DNA of 64,000 nucleotides from Callorhinchus milii. Its lineage: Eukaryota. Both the position numbers and the translations under genes were made by a program. The notes under the pieces were generated by a model, which was not told the DNA's origin, searched no databases, and saw only the letters and a list, made by a program, of their open reading frames with translations. Location: positions 40,550,001-40,614,000 of the forward strand of contig NW_024704742.1 of NCBI RefSeq assembly GCF_018977255.1. The letters are read 5' to 3'. Shown piece by piece: positions 12,351 through 25,179 of the stretch; the stretch's first letter is position 1; each line of letters opens with the position of its first letter.

Positions 12351-13567
12351 TACAATGTACGTTTCATCAGAATTTTTTCGATTAAAGTGCCAGTTTAATA
12401 TAAGTTTATATTTATTTGTGACAAAGTGAAGCACAGCGTAACTAGTGATCTGGCGAGATAGTAGATTTGTGCATTTCTCAACTGACTAGGAGACTGTATC
12501 TAACTCTGATTCTCTGCTGATACCCATAACCAGGCTTTGTTCGGATGTCAAGTACTTGATCTTGACTGTGTCATCAGTTACAGAACAAAGCAGAAGTTAG
12601 AATCAAACCAAACAGAGGGAAAAGTTAGAGAGTGTGTTACCAGTAGCACCCAACTTCCAAACCAGGAATGTTACTGCTAACAATCCCGTAAAACTCCTGA
12701 GGCAGAAAGGATAGCCTGAGTTCAGAGATCACAACGAGGAATGGAAATAAAGAGACAGCATATTTCAAAAAGCTACTATCCAGTTGATAAGATTGTAAAC
12801 TTCATTTTTGGTCCTCTACCTCAAACTACTATTATGTTGGAAGCTGATCGAGATGCAGGGCAGCAAAATTGTCGAGTTGCAGGGCAGCTCATTGTCTTTT
12901 ACCTCTGGGACCAGGACTGGAGACTGACTGCCTGAAGATTGCTTTGTTCTCCACGCTGTAAGGAGTTTCATATAAAATGAATCTGGGGAGTCCCAGCCCT
13001 GTTCTCAGTGAAAACCTGCCTTGAATTTGCAATTTTACTGAGAGAGCACAGGATAGCTAATGCTGGAAATAGATAAGGGAGAAAATCCACCTGGATCTAG
13101 ATTTACTCTGTTTATATATGAATACATACATGAGGGAAAGGGGAAGAGAGGGGATTTGGAGGGGTGGATGCTCATGTGGAATATAAAAGTAGCACAGACT
13201 AGTTGGATGGAATGGCCTGTTTTCATTCTGTAGCATTTTGTATAATTCCATGTAGCATTTCAGAGCATCCAGAATTATAGTAATTAGGTACAATCTTAAT
13301 TTTAAAACTGATTTTCTCCAAATTCTAAAAGTCACCAATTTGACGAATATGGGATACTTTATAATGTTACATAATTAGAAATAATCTAGTCCCATGTGGA
13401 ATTTCTTCCCAACAGTTTAGTCTCACAGTGTACATTTGGGCAATGTTTAAGATGAAATCCCTCTGGCCATAAATGAGTTTGGCCTTAGAAATGGATATTT
13501 GAGTAAACTTAAATTGAATTTGGTTTCAGTTAGATTTTTTTTCTGAATTCCAAGTTGAGGATCGTTT

Positions 13568-14312
13568 TTCTTTTTTGGTCAGCCGGGTGTCCGGCACACA
13601 CGGAAACCCATCACCATGCTTAAGAGTATCCAAACCAAGATGAGAATTCCGGGCATCCCACCTACACATGGAAATCCCAGAGAGATTGTTTGAATGGAAT
13701 GCGCACTCTCTCCCTGGAGGGACATATCCTGCTTACCTAATTCCAGAAAGTATTAGGCGCAGGGTGACAAGAGTCAAGTTTTGGAGACCTCAGAGTGTGC
13801 ATTAGGGTATTGCTGGAGCCTAACCAGCTAAACTCGCATAGCTTGCCATTGATATCACTGTCTGGCTAGCTTTCCCACTGATTGTCCAGTTAGAATCACC
13901 CTACCCTATACTGTCATCAGCAGTGCCCTGGAATACTGCGGACCCGCCTGGCTCACCGAGAGTTGGCTCAATTCTGATATTCCATTGCCAAACATGTCAC
14001 CTCGGAGCCAGTTCAGTTCCCAGGAGACCCTGCTTATCTCTCCCTCAAGGAGGTAATTCACAAATTAGTTGTTCGACATCCGACAAGCCCGAGTTGGAGC
14101 CATCACTAGGTGGATGGGATAGGTACAAGGAACTCCCTGCGAGCTTCACAGTGGGCAACACAGCTCAGCATGAGATGTGTAAGAGCATTGCTGGGTGATA
14201 TGCAAACCAGTATGGTATTATCTGCTGCGATACATGGTAGCAATGGCATGACAGTTAATCCCTGGTAAAAGATCTAAAGCAGTGCTATCTCTGCAAGGGA
14301 GCACGGCTAAGA
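13568..14312 (-). repeat. ~740 bp unclassified interspersed repeat, possibly an A-tailed retroposon
   Basis: Begins with a T-run plus GGTCAGCCGGGTGTCC; the first ~180 bp recur at 30113-30290 and in reverse at 5150-5345; more GC/CpG-rich than the flanks; right boundary approximate. Confidence 0.6.
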
Positions 14313-15817
14313 AATATAATAAACTTTGCATTTGATATACTACATGTCACGTGGGGAGAATGTTTCAAAGCAGTTCTTAAGATTTTTGTAAAGTGTATTT
14401 TCTAGGCAAATGGGATCAATCAATTTGCACACAGCAATGTCACACAGCAAATTCACCAACATTTCACAGTAAATCCTGTAGCCCTTTGAAATTTCTCACA
14501 ATTTAATAAGTTGTTATATCAAATGCAAGAATTATTATCATTTAGTCTACAGAATATTTTTGCACATACACAAACAAAAGGGGGCTGAAGACTAAAAAGA
14601 CTAACAGTGAGCCATATCACCCACTGTTTTTTGATGGGATTGAGAATTGCCCTTGGCTTTTCCTTCAGGTAAAACTGAAATAGATTTTGGTTTATTTGTC
14701 AACGATAAATCAATAAGAGAATTGTTTTCAGTGGCTCTTAATCCTGTTGAGTATATCATGTTTTCCTTGAAGTTACACCTGTCATAGATTAACCATAAAG
14801 CACTGACCCTCCAAGGACCAACACGAGTGTTCTCACAAAGTAACAACAGAGTTGTTTTGACCAGGTCTGGTGATCCACAAGTCTTACGGGATGTGATAAC
14901 TTTAACACTTTCAGTATTAACCAATTATCAGACACATCAACTGGACAGTTGTGATGAACCAACTTTCCTTAATCTGAAGTGATTTAAATTAGGCAACTGA
15001 GTTTGAACTGCTTTGACATTGGTTGACTAATCTCTTATGAACAATATATTATCCTTTTTAGGAGATCAATGTGCTCATTTGTGCAAACTCTCATTTTCTA
15101 TATCTTCCTTTCCATATTGCCCATAAAACATTACAGTTTGTCCTGTGAAATTCTTTTAGATGTCCTGACTGTGAAAGGCACTATATCAAATGTAAGGGTT
15201 ATAACATCTCCACCATAATGGTTAGTAGCATATAAGCAACTGTGAATAATCAGCATGTATTTATAATTTAGGTAGGGAAAAGGTATCTGATTTGTATAGG
15301 GCACTACACCAAATTGTATGTTGGGTAAATTGAATACTCCATTTAATTGCATAGCAATTTCTAGGTGCTGAAAATTTGCTATTGTTTGCATGGCATTACT
15401 CAAATGCATATAGATAATTTGAAACAGTAAAGCTCTGGCTGGACTGGACCCAACAATAGCAAAACTATTTAAAAAAATAGACTCCTGCCATCCACTCTCC
15501 TAGCGTGCGCCAACCTTCACTGTCCTTGCTGGCCTTCACAGTGGCCAGGGTTGTCGATTTTCACACAGATTGTGTGACGTTGCTTATTTGCTATCCTCTG
15601 CTCGTGGGATTCAAACAATTACCATGCCGGTACCAGCGTTTTTCAAATTGTAATCACACTTAGCCGCAAACTCCATCTTGACGTACAGGAGCTCCCTCTA
15701 TTAGTCCTGCCAGCTGGGGCTTCAATGTAATTTGTTTTATTGGAGACCAGTTGATTTCATTCGTATGTGTATAATTAGTTTAGATAATTGCATTAGTTGA
15801 GGAACTGACCATGTGAG

Positions 15818-15818
<1 letters not shown>

Positions 15819-15852
<34 letters not shown>

Positions 15853-16161
15853 CCCTTGCATTTGATATTGCGCCTTATCACATTGTCGAGCTATCTCAAA
15901 GTGCTTCACAGGATACACTGTAAATTACAGTGAGTGTGTATTTTGAGTGACCACATTATTATTATTCTTTTGAAGAGATTATTACCACAGGAAAAGTGAT
16001 CCACCAATCGACTAACAAGCAGGTTCCTACTTACTGCTAGGTAAACAAGTGTGTGTGTGGAGTAAGGAAACTTGCCTAAGGTTTCGAACCGACTGGGATT
16101 CAAACCCATGTCTTCTCACTTGCGAGGTGAGCGCACTAACCACTACATTACAGGTCTCTAC
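15819..16161 (-). mobile_element. tRNA-headed Deu-type SINE with (TTA)n tail
   Basis: Head GTAGAGACCTGTAATGTAGTGGTTAG, B-box GTTTGAATCC, internal deletion, tail GCAAGGGATTATTATT... Confidence 0.9.
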
Positions 16162-16172
16162 ATGCAAGAACC

Positions 16173-16500
16173 GTGGAGTCCTGTAGCTCAGTGGTTAGAG
16201 CACTCGCTTTGCAAGTGAGAGACTTGAATTCAATTCCAGGCAGGGCGAAACCTTGGGCAAGTTTCCTTACTCCACACAGAGCCTAATAATAATCCCTCCA
16301 AAACCAAAAACAATAATAAAATTGGTCATTTTCAATCTACGACTGTTTGTGGGTCATTGCTGTGCGCAATTGGCTGCCGCGTTCACCCACAAATATACAG
16401 TCAATTCACTTTACAGTGTGTTCTGTGAAGCGCTTTGGGACGTCCTCCTGACATGAAAAGCTCTATATCAAATGCAAGGATTATTATTATTATTATTATT
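16173..16500 (+). mobile_element. Full-length tRNA-headed Deu-type SINE
   Basis: GTGGAGTCCTGTAGCTCAGTGGTTAGAGCAC (A box)...TGTTTGTGGGTCATTGCTGTGCGCAATTGGCTGCCGCG (Deu core)...GGGACGTCCTCCTGACATGAAAAG...(TTA)n. Confidence 0.95.
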
Positions 16501-16979
16501 AACCTCGCCTGAGGTATGATGGAGTGGAAGTGAAGAGAGCGATGGGAAGAAAGCCGGAGTGGGATGTACGAAGAGAGGCAGTGTGGAGAGCGACGAATAG
16601 GTGGCACTATTAATATTCTTCAGGTAATTGCATATTCCTTATAATTGTACAGTATCTGTCTGGTCCCAACTCCATGCAATTATACAGAGTGCAATGTATA
16701 TCCAGTTCAAAGTCATGAAGGTTATTAATCATGTTTATTAGCAATATTGCAACATTGAATTGTCCCTCTTTAGCTATCTTCAAATCACACCTGAAGACTT
16801 CATCAGTGACCATGCCTTTGATCACCTCACCTTACTCTCCATCTCTGCATAAAAACCACACTGTTATTAAGCACTCCAAGATGCTACTCACGTGAAGAAT
16901 GGCATTGTTATTGTTGTTACTTATTACTGACGTTATGTAGCCTTGGCAAAACTGTTCAGTAATTATTCTAAGCACAATG

Positions 16980-17610
16980 GACAAAATCACAGGAGAAGTT
17001 CACATGAAGACGTATCATGTAATCCTTCCAGAAGACCAACTCTGCCATCTTAATATTATAGTTACAAGCTGTTTCATTAATGAGTCCTGGCCTCAACCGT
17101 CTTTCCTGCTAACCTGCTCCAGTTTGGGATTATCCTTTAGTGTAAATAAGCTACTTCTTGGTGTCGGTCCTAAAATTACCTTTCACAACCCTGAACCCAT
17201 TCTGTTTTATTCTGGGCCTTCTTTCTTGTCCATTTCTACTAGATATCCTGTGGAATATCTCTTTCAAAGCTGAGGAGACGAATCCTAGCTTTTTTCTTCA
17301 AAACTCACCACTTCCAGTATTGGGTATGAGCCTCATTGCTCCTGTCACTATTGCCTCTGGAGCCTGAGTGGCCTCCTTAATTTGTGGTAACCATAACTGT
17401 ATGCAGTAATCCAGCTATGTCTAGACTAGGGCACACTGTATAGCTTGAGAATGACCTTCAACTGATCTAGCAATGTAGCCCAGAATTCTGTTCATTGACA
17501 CTTTCAGTCCTATAATCAACACACATGAGTTTGGATTCATTGCCAGATTCTGAGTCCTTGACCATGGCAACCTAAATTTGCACTCTTGGTCCAAATTACC
17601 TGATGTTTCT
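16980..17610 (-). mobile_element. Old CR1 fragment
   Basis: Reverse strand gives NRILGYIARSVE-type ORF2 remnants and a CR1-like 3' end near 16985-17050. Confidence 0.65.
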
Positions 17611-18359
17611 GACCCCACACATCTTGCCTTTCATATAATGACCGAAATGTGATTTGTTAAGAGCGTGTTACCAAAGGAACTGATATCTCAAGAAATGTCG
17701 CTTTATTTGATTTTACTTGTCAAAGCAGCACTAAATAAAGATTACAACACTGTAATTTCATCAAGTGAACCGGCTAAAATTCCAGAGGGATATGAGGGTG
17801 AAAACAGACAGATGCTGTAGCCACTTTCCGATGCAGACAATATGTTTTATCTAAATTCTTCAAAAAAAAACAGTGGTTTCACAGTGGTTCAGATAAGTTA
17901 ATTTTTTTCAAATCTTTCACAATCCATGGGGGATACATCATACATACTCAATACCGTGTGAGTGCCTTTGCGCTCACAACAGATGCACTGCCTGATCGAA
18001 AATAATACGGAATTGCTGGTCGGTGACCCGGGTTTCACATTAGATAAGTGCCCTCCCGTTTTTGGTGGCATAATTCAAAACAGATTTGCATAGCAGATGC
18101 AGAGGCCAGAATACTTAGGGTAATTTCTGATAAAACAGGTTGGTGTTATGAAACACAATGCAAATTGATTCCATTTGAATTTAAAATTTGTTCAGCATTT
18201 TTAAAACTGGCATTACTAATTAAAACAAATGAATTGTCTCACAGACCACTTCTCAGTCGACACTATTTTTATTTTAAGTAATATTTTTGATTGCATCACA
18301 AATCTATTCTGTCTGATCTTAAAGGGTTAAAGCCCAAGCCTTCATGGAATTAGAGACGT

Positions 18360-18378
18360 TGGTGCCCTCTAAAGGCAA
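18360..18378 (-). promoter_or_regulatory. CTCF-like motif
   Basis: Reverse strand TTGCCTTTAGAGGGCACCA versus the core CCACYAGRKGGCRS; lies in unique sequence. Confidence 0.35.
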
Positions 18379-20774
18379 AGAGCTAAAATGTGTTTGGATA
18401 GTTCATTCATCTTGTATTGCTCTAAGGTTTTTAAAGAAAATAATGAAAAGACTGCAGAGACATTATTAATAAATAGTACTTCTCACTTCATTGCATCACA
18501 TTTAAATGCCTAATACGATTAATGACATGAGACTCTGAGGGGCAGATCTGTCCTGTGAATGTACCTACGATACTTACATTAAATACTTATTTGCATAAAA
18601 TGTTGGTTTCCAATTAACAGCCCCATTTTTTTTGCATGTTGTGATTTGATCTTCAGATCTCAATTGCACCAAATGTTTTACTGCCGTTTATTTCAGGCAG
18701 GCTAGTGCATCAATCAAATACAAGCTCAGCCTGCAAAACCTTCATAGAATTGTAGAGGTAACTTCCATTTAAAAAAATAAAGCTGCTTATCTTGAATTTA
18801 TGGCATCTTTCTTACATTCTGTTCATAGTCAGGAGCCAAATACTCATGCTCCAATAACTCCAACAAATGGGTGCTTCGTATATTCTGTTCATGGTTACAA
18901 GCCAAATACAACTGCACCAATAACTCTAAGAAGTGGAGTGTTTATATAAGTGACAGGTTAGATTCAGACACTGCAAAGTAATTTGCTTCACTGGATTATT
19001 GGCAGGATCTGTATCATGCAATTAAATGAAGCTGCTGTGTGAATCAATTTTACTTTCACACAATAATTTGCAGTGAAGTGCAGGAAGTAATACTGCATCC
19101 AGATAAGACAGTGACTCAATTTGTTGCATCATTCAGTATATTTGTCAAGCTGGCATCAACCTGGCTTATTTGGTGAGCCAAATGCTGCAGAGTCAGAAGG
19201 TTGTGGGTTCAAGCCCCAGGTCATAACTTTGAACTCACAATCTTGGCTGACACTTCAATGCTGGGTGGAGGGACTGCTACTAATAAGAATAAAATTATCA
19301 AACCGTACGTGATAAGGCGCTATGAAAATGTACGTCCTTCTTCAGCTATTTCCAATTAATTTCCAACATCAGCTATGAAACTCAATGGCAATTCTTAATT
19401 CCTCCTCACCTAAAATGCACATAGGTCTAAAATTCCTGCTTGATTGAGACCGATAGCACACTAATACCAGCAAGTGCATCCAATTCCCTTCCTTTCCTTC
19501 TTCCTTTTCTTCCTGTGTGAAGGGCGCTAAATAAATACAAGTTGTTGTTGTTCTCAGCATTTTTTAAAGGATTGAGTTTAAGATTCCTCCACAGTATCAC
19601 CCTACCCTACTTTAAAAATGCACAATAAATTAATAAGTTAACATATGTATTTTGTTCAAAGTAGCACACAATGGGGATTAATTCACAGTATTTCTTATTT
19701 GTAATAAAATTCCCCATAGTTTGGTGTGATGCATTTCTGGTTATGTGACAAAATGTTTAAGATCAGGATTCCTTACGAAGGAATTTTGTTAAGAATTCAT
19801 TTAAATTAAACCCTGAACAAAAATTAGTAACGGAGGCAGTCAGCTACATATCTCCTGAATACCCCTACATCTCACAAATGATTTTCTAGATTTCAATATT
19901 TTGGACAAAATAGTCTTTCAATTTTGGTGAAGGAGCTTTCTGTTTTCCTTCTAAATTTACACATAAATACTCTTAAAATGCAACATGCAATGTTTCCAAA
20001 TCAAACACAGATATGGTCAAAAGCAATTAGTTATAACTGGTATCAACAAGAATACCCCTTTCCTGTTCCCCCTGGGTCAGTGAAACTAGTGACTACTTTT
20101 GAATTAATTTTTGGCAACAAGACCAAATTAAGGTTAAATAAAGGTTAAATTAAGGTTAAATTTCACAATTTTTGCACATCAGAACATATAATGTTATTTC
20201 TGGAAATGGGTGCAGTATCCATAACAAACTGCTTTATAGCTATGCTGATGAAAACAACTCAATATGGTGCTTCCATTAGGGCAGTTGTAAAATATTTTTT
20301 TATGGGTATTTTATTTCGCTCAAGTGTTCAGAAAAGCTGAGATGCCTTGCAAACAGCTTTGTAGAGTGAGCAGTGGGTGATTAATGTTTGTTGTCGGGTT
20401 TGCATTAGCTTTTATACCTTTCTGAACGAGCGAAAAAAGGGGAGGTAAGAAAAAAAATATTTTTACCCAGAGGGTTATTAGAAAATGGAATGCTTTACAA
20501 CCGATGGCTGCTGAAGCTGAGGCCATAACAAGGAAAAAAAACAATTGCGAATAGAGAAGCAGAATGGGATTACAGTAGATAGTTCCCCAGTGGGAAAGCA
20601 ACAACACAGCAACAACTGAGGTTCCTCTCAGGCTGACCAGGAATATTATTGAAAAAGCACATTATAAGTAGTATAAAAGTAACTTGTGGTCCAAATCACT
20701 TACGTTCCATGTGAATGGATGAGCTATCCAACTCCCGTGCTGTAAACCTTCATTTTATGCAACTTTTACACCAG

Positions 20775-21020
20775 TTTTGCTATTTGCCCTCAGCCTTTCT
20801 GCCCCCATCCTCTGGAACACCATCCCAGAGCCCCCTCCATTGCCTCCTTCAAGGCCCATCTCAAGACCTTCCCCTTTGACCATGCCTTCGGTTATCTTCC
20901 CCCCGCCACCCCTTTCTGATCCCAACCCGCAGCTCAGGCACAAACCTTCATTGTCCAGCACCTTGGGACGTCCTCACACTGTGAAAGACGCCATATAAAT
21001 GTAATTTGTTGTTGTTGTTA
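20775..21020 (+). mobile_element. L2 3' fragment
   Basis: ALSLSAPILWNTIP..., terminus GGGACGTCCTCACACTGTGAAAGACGCCATATAAATG and (GTT)n. Confidence 0.85.
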
Positions 21021-21261
21021 ATAATTATTGCAAGTCATAATTAACACAAAGACAGAAATTCTGTGGCCTTAAAATCCTCTCCTTAATGAAATGTTTGAGA
21101 CTAAACATCCCTTGATTTATGGAAAATGCATTTTGCTTCATCAGAATTCAAATGCAAACTTTCTTTGGTTAGTGGAATCATGGAAGCCTTTATTCCAGAT
21201 CAAATGCAGTCTTTTACCTGTTTATCTTAATTTGTAACCCTAATTTAAGACAACAGGCTAA

Positions 21262-21492
21262 AAATTCCATCTAGTCTTGTTTTTAAAGGATGAGATTAAT
21301 TTGTTTTAAAATTTCATCATGTAGAATTGTAGAAAATTCTTAAATTCGCTCTCAATCTGCGTGCTAGCTTTCCACAGTTCTTAAATGAAACCGTCTTCCA
21401 AATTAAGAATTAATTTAAGAATTTTCTACAATTCTATACAATCTTGAAATTTAAAGCAAATTGATCTTTCAGAGTATGACTAGATGGAATTT
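21262..21492. mobile_element. Foldback/MITE-like palindromic element
   Basis: Exact 15-bp inverted ends (21262-21276/21478-21492) and an exact 25-bp inner inverted repeat (21322-21346/21412-21436); related diverged copy at ~46400-46560. Confidence 0.7.
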
Positions 21493-21750
21493 GATGTTGT
21501 GAAGCAGATTTGAATCATTGCTCTCATGACTGGGAATAATTTCACTAAAGCCATGCTGAAAGTTAGGTCCATATCAACCACTACAAACAGTGGCACTTTA
21601 AGATCTCCTCTATACTACCAAGCAGAAAGAGGATATTCAGGTGCAGGCCATCCAAAAACATCATGAGAGTGAACATTTAGTGACACTGGGCATATTCCAA
21701 TGTAAGTCAATTTTCATCTTTTCACATTTGATTGGTACAGCTGGAAAAAT

Positions 21751-22125
21751 ACCTTGTATTTAGTATAGCCACTTTCATGCCAAGAGGACGTCCCAAAGTA
21801 CTTCACAGGATAGTGAAGTGGCTGTGTGTTTTGTGGGTAAATGCGGCAGTCAAATTGCACATAGCAATTATAAAATGAATGACCATTTTGTTATCTTGGG
21901 GATTATTGGCCAGGACACTGCCCTCCTCTTTTCGAGTAATGCCATCACATCTTGAACAGGCAGCCAGAATCTTGGTTTAACATCTCGTCCAAGGATAACA
22001 CTTCCAACAAGGCACAATCTCCAGGTCTGGATTGAGGTGTGAGCCTAGAATAAAACCCTGACATGGGGCATGAACCCACAAATGATTCAGAGTTGAGAAT
22101 GCTATCAACTAAGCCAGATTGTCAC
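21751..22125 (-). mobile_element. Old SacSINE1-like Deu-SINE, near full length
   Basis: Tail, Deu core (GCGGCAGTCAAATTGCACATAGCAA), body and tRNA-like head (TGAACCCAC...CAACTAAGCCAG) in reverse order. Confidence 0.8.
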
Positions 22126-22563
22126 CTCATTCGTCTCATCATATTGGTCACATTCCCAGGAACCCACCTCTTAGCAGCTCCAGAATGTTGTTAAATTGTG
22201 GTCAGTTGGGTGAGATGTTAGAGGCTGGTAGTTGCCAGTGGAACTGTGCCTGAATTAGTAACTGTTCAAAATGTCCAACCCCATATTAGCGAAGCATCCG
22301 TGACATTATCTTATGCTATGGGAAGGGCATTATAGAAATGCAAATTGTTGTTATTCAAAAGATGGACTCTGTTGATGGAAAATGCTAAAGGTTAGCATCT
22401 CAGCAATTATTTTACAACCACTATTCAGTTGTAATCATGGATTGGCTGATGGGCATTCTGCAGGAATTTGCACCATCCCTGTAAAAGTCTGAGCCCAGTA
22501 GGTTTGACACAGTATTACTTCTCTTATTGTTGATGGGCTGGTAAGGCAGAGAGCTGTGGTTTA

Positions 22564-23099
22564 ATTTGAAAACATTGAACATGTGGAATCCTGTAGCTCA
22601 GTGGTTAGAGCACTTGCCTTGCAAGAGAGACCTGGGTTCGATTCCCGGCAGGGTGAAACCTTAGGCAAGATTTAGAGGGAAAATTCAGAGGGAAACAACG
22701 GGAATTTAGGTTTTCTGCTGGACAAGTTAACACTTCTTTGTACTATGATTCTTTAGATAAGCATCAGACACACAACCTTTGATCTAAATCCTGAATAAAC
22801 ACACTGTTGTGATAAGCTTACTGAAACCCTTGCAACTTGAGTAGAATAAGATGGCTTAAAGTAGCATTGTCGCACTATGGTGAAAAAGTAAGCAGTCTGT
22901 GTTGCTCAAAATTACATTTGCCTGGTCCCAGCAATTAAACAACAACCTTTTCTTTTCTTGAGGGATTATTATCAGGTTTGTGGAGTAAGAAAACTTGCCC
23001 AAGGTTTCACCCTGCCAGGAATCGAACCCAGGTCTCTCTTGCAAGGCAAGTGCTCTAACCACTGAGCTACAGGATTCCACATGTTCAATGTTTTCAAAT
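22564..23099. repeat. Inverted duplication of a SINE head plus 5' flank (arms 22564-22669 and 22994-23099)
   Basis: 106-bp arms with 2 mismatches; they include 19 nt of non-SINE flank. Confidence 0.95.
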
Positions 23100-23267
23100 A
23101 AAAGCAGTTTTATAGGAGAGAAGAGAAAGAGATGCATGTATTGAAAGTAATTGATAAACCTTTTCTATTTTAGCTTCAGTCAGTTTTCATATAACCTCAG
23201 AATAAATCACTACCTTTAACAGCAAGGTCAAAATTGCTTAGAAGGTGATAGATCATCCTGAGTAATA

Positions 23268-23840
23268 CAACAACAATAACAACAACAACAAACGTGACTT
23301 TCACGTCGGGAGGACGTCCCAAAGCGCTGGACAGTTAGGGGTCAGGACCTGATCATGGGGGAGGGGTGGGGTATGGGTGAGGGAAGGCAGAGAGGTGGGA
23401 GGGCGACCAAAGGCATGAGTGAAGAGGAGGGTCTTGAGACCGGCCTTGAAGGAGGCAAGGGAGGAAGCGAGGCAAAGGGACCTTGGGATGGAGTTCCAGA
23501 GTGTGGGGGCAGAGAAGCTGAAAGCCCGGCCACCAATGGTAGGGTTGGTCGGGCGGGAGACATGGAGCAGGCCGGAGCCCGCTGAACAGAGGGGCGGGCA
23601 GATTGGTAGTGAGTCAGCAGGTCAGAGAGGTAGGAGGGGACAAGGCCATGGATGGCCTTGAAAGTGAGGACATGGATCTTGAATTCGATCCTCTGGGGGA
23701 TGGGTAGCCAGTGGATCGGGCGAGGGTGGGAGTGATGGGGTCGCGGAGCCTGGTGCGTGAGAGTGCACGAGCTGCAGAGTTTTGGATGATCTGCAGCTTG
23801 TGAAGGGAAGAGTTGGGAAGGCCGATGATGAGGGAGTTTC
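23268..23840 (-). mobile_element. 5'-truncated L2 LINE
   Basis: Closely similar to 56214-56790; (CAA)n tail at 23268-23290. Confidence 0.95.
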
Positions 23841-25179
23841 CATAATAATAATGTTGTTAATAATTAATAATGTTGTTAACACAGATGTGTTGACATTGAG
23901 GTAATGTATCAGGTGATATTCACAACTGGTCCAAGTGACATAATTTCCAGATTCATTTAGATCCGTTTACTCTTTTCAGAATGACACGTATCGAAGTAGA
24001 CCACTGTTTCAAATCAAAACAAGTGATTATCACTCCTCCTACATGACTTTTGGCAGATCTGTGAATGTTTTAAGTTGATTAAAGATTCTGGTAAGAGTAA
24101 ACTATTCAGTTTTATATTTGCTGGAATAGAGAGTTAATGAAAGCTTGATTTGCAGCCAAATTCCTTAATAAACTCAAGTTCCCCTTCTCCAGAGTAAAAC
24201 ACACTGGGATGTTTATTGTTATTGAAGTGTATCAAGTCTAAAGACTCGAGGCATCCAGTAAACAGTGTTCAAGTTTAATACAAAAATGAGTCTCTCTATG
24301 CAATACTCATTACAGAATCATTAACTTTCAGTCTGTGTCTGACCTTAAAACTGAACTACCCATTAGCACCTTCCAGTAAGAGACAGACCTAATAACCCCC
24401 TGAGCTATTTTGTATTCTGTTCATATAGAGGGCCAATTCACAGTACAAACTCCAGTCAAAACATTAAAGACAGATTTGTCATTTGAAGATTGAGCAACAC
24501 CAGTTTCTTCTTAAAGTAAATGTACCACACTTATCATTGATACAGACTGTGGTGTAACTGCTTAGCATCTTCTAGGAACCAGAGCTATTGCTGTGTATTT
24601 CTGGCCTACTCTCTGAAATGTCTCCACCTGCTCTGTACCTTATTCTCTCTGGTTCAGAGGTTCCAAAATTTTGCTGTGCCTCCAAGAAGTACAGTGAAAA
24701 ACACTCAATGAGGTTCTCTCACTCCAATTTAATTTTAATTTCATCTTTTGCTCAGTAGCTGCCATTGTAGCAGGATAACCATTGGTCACATTGATGGAAT
24801 ATCCTTTTTTTTTCATTTGTTTATACATTCTAATCCACATACTTGACAGTGTATCAGCTGTGTGTGTAGGTTTACCTGGTGTTTCTATCCCTTCACTTCA
24901 GTTCATAAAGCTTGATCGTCAACCTTTCAACACAATTGCAACACACTTTCTAAGGCTTTGTAAATAGAGCAATTAGTAGTTTGCGGTTCATTCCAACACC
25001 TAGGTAGGTCCCCCTCAATCATGTTCCAGACAGGTACCCACCCACATATACACCCACCCACATATACACCCACCCAGGGTTCAGGCAGGCATTGATCCAC
25101 CCACTGACATAACACACATATCCAGACTGGTTGGACCGTCTCTATGTGCATGCATTTCATCTCAGGATCAATCAATGAA

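Noticed and set aside
15819..15852. (AAT)n and (GTT)n microsatellites throughout the window
   Set aside because: They are the 3' tails of SINE and L2 copies
16173..16250. tRNA-like sequences (also at 10470-10542, 22583-22655, 28254-28330, 51320-51390, 62620-62690)
   Set aside because: They are SINE heads: each continues into the same SINE body and lacks a proper acceptor stem
20124..20162. Short tandem repeats (11-mer here; 15-mer at 36901-36933; 46-mer at 59142-59233) as a CRISPR-like array
   Set aside because: Only 2-3 adjacent units, no unique spacers, eukaryotic context; simple slippage duplications
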